This document shows positions 57,472 to 64,000 of a stretch of 64,000 bases of DNA, piece by piece. Source of the DNA: Candidatus Magasanikiibacteriota bacterium (GTDB lineage: Bacteria; Patescibacteriota; Patescibacteriia; Magasanikbacterales; UBA922). Position numbers and translations under genes: made by a program. Position 1 is the stretch's first letter; each line of letters opens with the position of its first letter. The notes beneath the pieces are model-generated. The model worked only from the letters and a program-made list of their open reading frames with translations. It did not search any database and was not told the origin of the DNA. Where the stretch lies: positions 11,056 through 75,055 of the forward strand of contig JBAYJP010000005.1 of assembly GCA_041665025.1 (NCBI GenBank), written 5' to 3'.

Positions 57472-57972
57472 ATGGCGAGACATTCTGAACTTAGGTTGGT
57501 ACCTCCACTGTCTGAAGATGAACGTAGTCCTGCTTTGCGTGTTATAAAAAAAGAGAGTAGGTTAAACTCTAAAGAGTTGGATGAATATAAGGAACCAAGT
57601 GAAAGAGAAAAAGAAGTTAGCAAGACAAAAAATAGAATCCTTGGTTGCCTTCAGCGCAAGGATGTTGATGGCTTGGTTTCGAATTTGGTTAAGCTGGACA
57701 AATTATTTGTAGGTCGAGATGAAACCATGCTTAGTAATAGTTCTGATGTTCTCAGATCTCAAGTAATAGGTTTTTTCGATAGTATTAAATTCCAGCAAAC
57801 ATTAAAAAATTATCATCTAGAATTGAAAATACAAATGTGTGAGGGGCAAATGGAATTGTTGCTTGGTGAAAATAAAAATGCAGGAAGTAAATTACCTGCT
57901 CAAATTATGTTAATGCAAGAAGGAAATACAGAAATATATATGGGGTCTAAAACATTAGAAACAGAAGATTAA
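57472..57972 (+). CDS. Hypothetical protein
   Basis: ORF only. Confidence 0.3.
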   Translation: MARHSELRLVPPLSEDERSPALRVIKKESRLNSKELDEYKEPSEREKEVSKTKNRILGCLQRKDVDGLVSNLVKLDKLFVGRDETMLSNSSDVLRSQVIGFFDSIKFQQTLKNYHLELKIQMCEGQMELLLGENKNAGSKLPAQIMLMQEGNTEIYMGSKTLETED

Positions 57973-57986
57973 CATAAGTTATGTAT

Positions 57987-59135
57987 ATGTCCAAAAAACA
58001 AATAATTGTCTCAGGTATTCAACCAACGGGCAATCTTCATATTGGAAATTATCTAGGCGCAGTGAAAAATTGGGTAGAACTGCAAAATTCTGGGAAATAT
58101 CAGATGTATATTTTTATTGCAGATTATCATTCACTCACGGGCAATATGAAGCCCAAAGAGCGCCGCGCACAGATTATGCGTACAGCCGCAGAACTTTTGG
58201 CAGCCGGAATTGATCCAGAGAAGACAGTTTTTTGGGTACAGTCTCATGTGCCAGAGCACACTGAATTGGCGTGGGTGTTTAACAGTATAACTCCAATAGG
58301 TGAATTAAAAAGGATGACACAGTTTAAGGATAAGGCAGGTATTAGCGATTATGAGGAAGTAATTGATGAAATTTATAAATATGAAAAAAATAGATTGATT
58401 TTAACTATACTTGCTGAGAGGATGGAAAAAAATAGTGTAAAATATAAGCAACAGAGAGACAAGGCGAAGGAACTTTTGAAAACTATTGAGAAATTAATAA
58501 TTCGGGAAGAGAACAAAGCAAATACCGGTCTTTTAACTTATCCTATTCTGCAAGCCGCAGATATTTTACTGTATCATGGCGAGATGGTACCTGTTGGCCA
58601 AGATCAAATTCAACATGTTGAACTAACTCGTGATGTCGCTCGATGGTTTAATAATCGATATAGCGATTATTTTCCTGAGACAAAACACCTTCTTACTCAC
58701 ATACCAAAAGTCATGAGTTTGGTTGAACCGCATAAAAAGATGAGCAAGAGTTTGGGTGCTGATCATGTGATAGAGCTTGCTGACGAGCCGAGTGTAATTG
58801 AGAAAAAACTCAAAAAAGCAGTGACTGCAACTGAAGGCGGAGGAGAAGCACCAGGCGTTGTTAATTTATTATCGTTATTAAAAGAATTCGGAAACAAAAA
58901 AGTTCATGATGAATTTGTAAAAGCAGAAAAAGATGGAACTATTCGTTATGGCGATTTGAAAAAAGTGCTTGGAGAATCAATTTCAACATATTTTGCAGAC
59001 TTTAGAAGTCGTCGAGCTGAATTGCTTGATAATCATGGTGAACTTGCAGAGATTCTTGGCAAAGGTGCGCAAAAAGCGCAACTAGTTGCGTCGAAGACAA
59101 TGGAAGATGTGAGAGGATTGATAGGAGTAAGATAA
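57987..59135 (+). CDS. trpS: Tryptophan--tRNA ligase with an insertion of about 50 aa
   Basis: HIGH-type QPTGNLHIGNY, YPILQAADIL and KMSKS. An extra segment lies between KDKAG and GLLTYP. Confidence 0.85.
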   Translation: MSKKQIIVSGIQPTGNLHIGNYLGAVKNWVELQNSGKYQMYIFIADYHSLTGNMKPKERRAQIMRTAAELLAAGIDPEKTVFWVQSHVPEHTELAWVFNSITPIGELKRMTQFKDKAGISDYEEVIDEIYKYEKNRLILTILAERMEKNSVKYKQQRDKAKELLKTIEKLIIREENKANTGLLTYPILQAADILLYHGEMVPVGQDQIQHVELTRDVARWFNNRYSDYFPETKHLLTHIPKVMSLVEPHKKMSKSLGADHVIELADEPSVIEKKLKKAVTATEGGGEAPGVVNLLSLLKEFGNKKVHDEFVKAEKDGTIRYGDLKKVLGESISTYFADFRSRRAELLDNHGELAEILGKGAQKAQLVASKTMEDVRGLIGVR

Positions 59136-59165
59136 GCGGATCACATAGCCTAATCAGATAATTTT

Positions 59166-60206
59166 ATGGGACCACAAGAATTTCCCCGTCCTTCTTTTGT
59201 AAAAGAGGGTGTAAAGGTTTCTCCCCTTTTGGAAAATAAAAGATTTGGGGAAGGCAGTTTTGCAGTGGTTGCTAGGCTAGAAAATTTGCCAGAAGAAGTG
59301 CGTGAACACGTCCCAGATGGCTATGTAGTAAAATACTATAAAAATACTGAATTTGATCGTAATTGGGGACAAAGTATTTTTTCTTATGATCGAGAAATAG
59401 GTTATGGTTCAAATGTTTTATTAGATACAGATCTTCAGACATTTTGTACCGATGCATTGATGTTAGCAAGAATTAAAGGTAGTGTTCCGACTGTTGATCA
59501 ACTGCGGGAATATGCCATGGATCGTGGGTTTAAGCTTCAGGAATATCAAATTAGGCAGGCGTGGAAGGTTGTGAGGAGTTATTCGCTATCTGGTATTGCC
59601 AAGAGACTGCAAGATCGTCATGAGTGTGTCAAAGAATTTTTTTCTGATGTTTCTCCAGAATTAGTTGTTCCAACAAAATTTTTAGTAGGTGAAACTTCAG
59701 GAAATCAGAAAAGATTATTTGAAATACAGCCCAATATTCCTGGACGATGTAAATTTTCTATGCCTGATAAATTAAATTTTATAATTTTATGCGTGGGTAA
59801 ACATTATGATCGCCAACGATTAGCAGACACAGAAGGACTAGATGAAAAACATTTTTCAGAAGAAAATCTAAGTCGCATTTTAGAAGAGTCTAGTGTCTCG
59901 GTAGCCAACGAAATCCGGAGGTCTTTCCCCCACGAATCACATGTGATCAAAGAAGAGCTAGAAAGAGTTATGAATAAAGCACCCGACTTTGTATTGGCAC
60001 ATGGCCAGATACCTTATGATATATTTTTTTTAAGTAACATGCTGATTACGAGAAAAGGACCGCGCATTATTGATACAAATTTAGCTGTCCCAAATTTTCC
60101 AGAGGACGAGGGTGTTCATCTGTCTCCGTCTCCCAAACTTGCTGAATATACTTACAACCAAAGCATCCTTTTTTGGAAAAAAGTAGCAGAAAAATTACCC
60201 GGGTAG
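59166..60206 (+). CDS. Hypothetical protein with protein-kinase-like motifs (atypical kinase fold?)
   Basis: Gly-rich loop-like KRFGEGSFAVV and YVVKYYK; later HGQIPYDIFFLSN and IIDTNLA. Weak. Confidence 0.3.
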   Translation: MGPQEFPRPSFVKEGVKVSPLLENKRFGEGSFAVVARLENLPEEVREHVPDGYVVKYYKNTEFDRNWGQSIFSYDREIGYGSNVLLDTDLQTFCTDALMLARIKGSVPTVDQLREYAMDRGFKLQEYQIRQAWKVVRSYSLSGIAKRLQDRHECVKEFFSDVSPELVVPTKFLVGETSGNQKRLFEIQPNIPGRCKFSMPDKLNFIILCVGKHYDRQRLADTEGLDEKHFSEENLSRILEESSVSVANEIRRSFPHESHVIKEELERVMNKAPDFVLAHGQIPYDIFFLSNMLITRKGPRIIDTNLAVPNFPEDEGVHLSPSPKLAEYTYNQSILFWKKVAEKLPG

Positions 60207-60210
60207 GTCT

Positions 60211-61533
60211 ATGAAAAAATCATTATTACCTCTTTTCATTATCTTCAATCTTCTTATTATTTTTTACTTCTGGTTTGTCGGATCAGGAGATCTCATTCTT
60301 TCAGGAAATACAGAACAAATATTATTATCGCTCGGCAGACTATCCGGCTTGTTGGCCGTATTTTTTGTATTACTACAGCTTATCCTTATTGGTCGGCTCA
60401 GTTGGGTTGAATGCGTATTTGGTATGGATAAATTATCGCGTCTGCATCATTGGAATGGCATTATTGCATTTGGATTTATTATTACTCACCCTATTTTACT
60501 CGGACTTTCATACGCACGATTCAATGAGGTCTCTTTTTTTCAGCAGTTAGTCGACTTTACATTCAGATGGGAAGAAGTGGGGGGTGCAGTTTTAGGAACG
60601 TTATTATTTGCCGTCATTGTCATTTCATCTATGGTAGCGGGACTGCGCAAAGTGAAATATGAATTTTGGTTTTGGGTTCATTTTACTGTGTATCTTGCAA
60701 TTTTGCTTGTGTTTGAACATGAGATAGAAGTTGGGGGAGATTTTGTAGGACAACCACTATTTGTGGCGTATTGGTATGCACTATACGCGTTTGCAATTGG
60801 AAATTTGGTGTTATTTAGATTTGTGCGTCCTGCATATTATTTTTATACACATCGTTTTTACGTTGATAAAGTGGTGCGTGAAACAGCAAGTACGGTTTCT
60901 ATTTATATAAAGGGAAGGAAAATGGATCAATTTAAAATTGAAGCCGGGCAATTCATGATTTTTCGTTTTCTAGATGCAAAACGATGGTGGCAAGCGCATC
61001 CTTTTTCGCTGTCATGCGCGCCAAATGATGAATACCTGCGCATTACCGTAAAAAATGTAGGTGACTTTACGTCAGAAATTTCTGGAGTCAAGGTGGGAAC
61101 TCCTGTTTTAGTTGATGGGCCTCATGGCATATTTACTAAAAAAGTTGCACGTAGCAATAAACTATTGTTTGTTGCTGGAGGTGTAGGGATAACGCCCATT
61201 CGGTCGCTTGTTGAACAGATGGCGCAAGAAAAAAGAGAGCTCACCCTAGTTTATTCAAATAAATATAGTAGTGACATTGTCTTTTTTAGCGAACTTGAAT
61301 TGCTTGCCGAGCAGTATCATTTTGAGTTGTATCATGTGCTAAGTGATGATCACGCATGGCAAGGACTCAAAGGAAGGATACATATTGATATGCTTAAACA
61401 GTTGGTGAATGATGTGGATGAACGAGATGTGTATGTATGTGGCCCTCCTGCCATGATGGAAAGTGTCATTAACATATTACAAAAGATGTTTGTTTCAAAG
61501 CAGAGAATTCATTTTGAAAAATTTTCTTTGTAA
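60211..61533 (+). CDS. NOX/ferric-reductase family protein (bis-heme TM domain plus FAD plus NAD(P)H domains), bacterial NADPH-oxidase-like
   Basis: TM His pairs LHHW...ITHP and VHF...EHE spaced 13-14 apart; FAD motif HPFSLS; NAD motifs GGVGITP and CGPPAM. Confidence 0.7.
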   Translation: MKKSLLPLFIIFNLLIIFYFWFVGSGDLILSGNTEQILLSLGRLSGLLAVFFVLLQLILIGRLSWVECVFGMDKLSRLHHWNGIIAFGFIITHPILLGLSYARFNEVSFFQQLVDFTFRWEEVGGAVLGTLLFAVIVISSMVAGLRKVKYEFWFWVHFTVYLAILLVFEHEIEVGGDFVGQPLFVAYWYALYAFAIGNLVLFRFVRPAYYFYTHRFYVDKVVRETASTVSIYIKGRKMDQFKIEAGQFMIFRFLDAKRWWQAHPFSLSCAPNDEYLRITVKNVGDFTSEISGVKVGTPVLVDGPHGIFTKKVARSNKLLFVAGGVGITPIRSLVEQMAQEKRELTLVYSNKYSSDIVFFSELELLAEQYHFELYHVLSDDHAWQGLKGRIHIDMLKQLVNDVDERDVYVCGPPAMMESVINILQKMFVSKQRIHFEKFSL

Positions 61534-61726
61534 CCCTTTCCGTTTTGGTACGGAGTAAAACTTATTAGACATCACATCGCTTGACTTTGCTCACGAGTAT
61601 TTCTATACTCGTCACATGAAATCCCCCATTTCATACTTCTATCTCACTTTTCTAAAAAATAAATAGCAAAAACCCTATCCGGGTTTTTTGTTTTTTTAAT
61701 TTATTTATACATTATCTTATCCCCAT

Positions 61727-64000
61727 ATGGCCATACGGAAAAAAGTTTTACCCCTATTTCTTTTTTCTATTTTATTTTTTTCATTAATTCCTTTTGTATC
61801 AGCCGACGCTCTCACATACGGATTTAAAGTGCAATCATGTACGCAAGATGTTGACGGAGCCTATTTTGTGGTGAATGGAAAAAGTTTGGTCATGAAAAAT
61901 GGATGTACAACAGGGACGAGCCAGATATATGGAATTGAATATACATGTCTCAGCAACACGCGTCTGAAAGTCGAATGGACAGACGAGTGTCCGGTCCAGA
62001 CTCCGGAACCTGAGCCATCTCCCGAACCTACACCCGAACCAACTCCAGCTCCTGCACCCACTCCGACGACAACACCAACACCAGAACCTACGCCAACACC
62101 CACTCAATCACAAGAAGAATATTTGTCTTTGCCGCAATATAGCAGTTTTTATGTGAGCGGTTCATCACAAGTAGTAAATGACACAGGATTTAATATTAGA
62201 AATGGGTGGGGCAATATTGAGCTCCGGTTAGATTATTCTCCCGCATTAAATTTTCAAACATACGAGTATCTTCAATTTACTATTGATTACAATCTTCAAT
62301 CAGGCACATCTGTTTCAGCGCAGACTATTAAACAGCCAACTGAATTGTATACCATGAGCGGATGGGGAAGTGCTCTAGAATCTACGCGGTATCTTTTGCC
62401 TGCAGAGACTACAAGTGGCAATGAGGTCACTGTCCGAGTTCCACTTCAGAGCCTCGTTTCAAGCGGATATAATTCAGCGTACATTAACCATTTATTTTTG
62501 AGATTTTATCCCAACGGAGGTCCAGCCAATATTGACGTAGTACTAAAAGATGTGAAATTAGTCCGTACCATTACGGTGCCGACCCCGGTTCCTGAACCAA
62601 CACCAGAACCTACACCAGTACCTACTCCAATTCCAGAACCTGAACCAACACCAACACCAACACCGGAGCCTGTCCCAGAACCAGAACCACTTCCTGCAAA
62701 TGCCATGGTTATTGACGCAACACAGACAAAAGTCCCGTATGTTGACCGTGGAGTCCTCGGTGGTAATTCAATGAACGATCGAGCATGGGATTATAATTTC
62801 GATATATTTACAGAACTTGGAGGTAATGCACAACCTGTAGGGAATAATCTTAATCGTCCTTTGTGGCGCATGCACATGTGGGACACGGGCGTTCATAAAA
62901 ATTATTGGATGTATGGACAAGGTTTCGGCCGTATGACTGATGGACTGTATAACCCCATGATTCCTCAGACAGATAATGGTCAGACAGTAAGTACGTATAG
63001 CTGGCAATTACAAAAACCAATGAAGGACATGCAAGTTCAATATCCGAGTGGCGAAACAACACAAAATTATTATGAAGTAGAATGGTTTGATCGTTCAGCG
63101 ACATTATCCGAAAAATTTAATCGACATGCTGTTAGTTACACCAAAAAGTCTGGCTCCACGACGCAAATTCATATCATTTCGAATCGAGAACAAACCGGTG
63201 TTACTACATTCCCTGAGCATGGCAGGTATACTCGTTTTGATTTCAAGTTATCTTCTGATGTTCAATACGCCGTGAATAGCGCCGCGCTTATTGGTAAGTC
63301 AAATCAATTTCAGATGGTACTTCGACCTGACAGAAAGTTTGAAATCCGTTTTGGAAATCAAACTGTTGTTTCTTCAGAGGTAGTTGAATTTGACCGATGG
63401 TATGGAATTGAAATATTAACTGATAATACTTCAAAAGTATGGGTTGATGGACAGATGATTGGACAAATAACATTATCATCGCTTGATATCACGCCAAGTG
63501 GTAGGTCAACAGATGTTCGATTTGGCACATTACTTAAGGATTGGGCACAAGATCCTACATTGAATGCGGAAACACAGCGTCAGGATTCATACAAATTCAA
63601 GATTGATGAACTTATGCTTGGTACATCATATTTTGGGACTAATCCTGATATGCCTCTTGATCAGACATTTGCAAATAAATACAAAAACGGAGTGATTGTG
63701 TGGCATAGTTTTGATAACAACATCATGACACTTGATGATTATGGTCAAATGGCAGAAAAAATGAACGCAGAATTGCTGTTACAACTTCCGTCTCCAAAAG
63801 AAACAACCTACGGGTCGCAATCAAATACGTGGACAGGGTTTTTCAAAGATTTATACAGCGTTGAAGGGCTGACCGCAATGATTAAATATATGGTCGGAAC
63901 GCCAGACGCAGACTATGTACAAAAAGTTGAAGAATTGAAACAAGCTGGATGGCCAGTTAATGTTGCCCAGTACAATTATGCAAACTTGCGTGCCAGTCGT
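61727..64000 (+). CDS. Large secreted multidomain protein with two Pro/Thr/Glu linkers (3' partial; runs off the window)
   Basis: Manual translation from the ATG at 61727 stays open to 64000 and is absent from the ORF track because no stop is reached. It has a signal peptide and the linkers PEPEPSPEPTPEPTPAPAPTPTTTPTPEPTPTPT and PTPVPEPTPEPTPVPTPIPEPEPTPTPTPEPVPEPEP. Confidence 0.55.
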   Translation, partial: MAIRKKVLPLFLFSILFFSLIPFVSADALTYGFKVQSCTQDVDGAYFVVNGKSLVMKNGCTTGTSQIYGIEYTCLSNTRLKVEWTDECPVQTPEPEPSPEPTPEPTPAPAPTPTTTPTPEPTPTPTQSQEEYLSLPQYSSFYVSGSSQVVNDTGFNIRNGWGNIELRLDYSPALNFQTYEYLQFTIDYNLQSGTSVSAQTIKQPTELYTMSGWGSALESTRYLLPAETTSGNEVTVRVPLQSLVSSGYNSAYINHLFLRFYPNGGPANIDVVLKDVKLVRTITVPTPVPEPTPEPTPVPTPIPEPEPTPTPTPEPVPEPEPLPANAMVIDATQTKVPYVDRGVLGGNSMNDRAWDYNFDIFTELGGNAQPVGNNLNRPLWRMHMWDTGVHKNYWMYGQGFGRMTDGLYNPMIPQTDNGQTVSTYSWQLQKPMKDMQVQYPSGETTQNYYEVEWFDRSATLSEKFNRHAVSYTKKSGSTTQIHIISNREQTGVTTFPEHGRYTRFDFKLSSDVQYAVNSAALIGKSNQFQMVLRPDRKFEIRFGNQTVVSSEVVEFDRWYGIEILTDNTSKVWVDGQMIGQITLSSLDITPSGRSTDVRFGTLLKDWAQDPTLNAETQRQDSYKFKIDELMLGTSYFGTNPDMPLDQTFANKYKNGVIVWHSFDNNIMTLDDYGQMAEKMNAELLLQLPSPKETTYGSQSNTWTGFFKDLYSVEGLTAMIKYMVGTPDADYVQKVEELKQAGWPVNVAQYNYANLRASR

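Noticed and set aside
61835-62706. Minus-strand Gly/Ser/Val-rich ORFs (61835..62107, 61861..62103, 62506..62706)
   Set aside because: They are antisense shadows of the Pro/Thr/Glu linkers in the plus-strand secreted protein (GGN/GTN is the reverse complement of NCC/NAC). No start context.
1-64000. Alternative genetic code (UGA=Gly) sometimes seen in small-genome lineages
   Set aside because: TGA terminates well-conserved genes at the expected C termini (for example the aldehyde dehydrogenase at 2695-2697), and the conserved proteins are full length under the standard code.
1-64000. Transposase, integrase or phage genes flanking the GC islands
   Set aside because: None recognisable in any frame. 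The islands are therefore treated as small cassettes of unknown mobility rather than annotated mobile elements.

Overview
This 64 kb window is from an AT-rich (roughly 40% GC) bacterial chromosome that uses the standard genetic code. TGA acts as a stop codon (for example at the end of the aldehyde dehydrogenase gene, 2695-2697), so code 25 is excluded. Coding is dense on both strands. Recognisable housekeeping genes include glnA, glmS, uvrA, rplS, gmk, trpS, secG, RNase J, an RluD-like pseudouridine synthase, tdh-kbl, a 3-subunit 2-oxoacid:ferredoxin oxidoreductase operon and tRNAs Asn-GTT, Arg-CCG, Ile-TAT and Leu-CAG. The reduced metabolism, stand-alone TrpB2, large secreted glycoside hydrolases with Pro/Thr linkers and the PHP zinc-ribbon protein suggest a small-genome, possibly Patescibacteria/CPR-like organism; this is inference only. 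No rRNA, CRISPR array, transposase or integrase was seen. Eight unusual elements stand out. (1) At 17829-24390 a three-gene minus-strand polysaccharide module carries unusual fusions: a tandem GT2 protein combining a DPM-synthase-like domain with a processive QRTRW-type beta-glycan synthase; a GT-C (PMT/ArnT-like) membrane domain fused to a GH8 hydrolase; and a secreted clan GH-A hydrolase. A GH6 cellulase at 7817-9568 shares a non-catalytic domain pair with the GH-A protein. (2) At 9730-13529 a NOX/ferric-reductase system appears split across genes: an FNR-like FAD/NAD module with a C-terminal anchor, a secreted acidic protein, an ApbE flavin transferase, and a bis-heme ferric-reductase membrane domain with TSP3-like calcium-binding repeats. 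A complete fused NOX-like protein lies at 60211-61533 next to a kinase-like protein. (3) Two paralogous GC-rich, foreign-codon cassettes at 2746-3202 and 55305-55606 each encode a tiny GlsB/YeaQ-like membrane protein. (4) A moderately GC-elevated aminoglycoside-phosphotransferase-fold kinase gene lies at 24603-25661. (5) An AGA-codon-biased helicase-associated-repeat protein is inserted between the alpha and beta genes of the oxidoreductase operon. (6) A tRNA-Ile carries a UAU anticodon. (7) A cysteine-rich membrane protein sits beside a CPYS-type DsbA-like protein. (8) A long secreted Pro/Thr-linker multidomain protein runs off the window end. In addition, several families of short intergenic repeats recur through the window.
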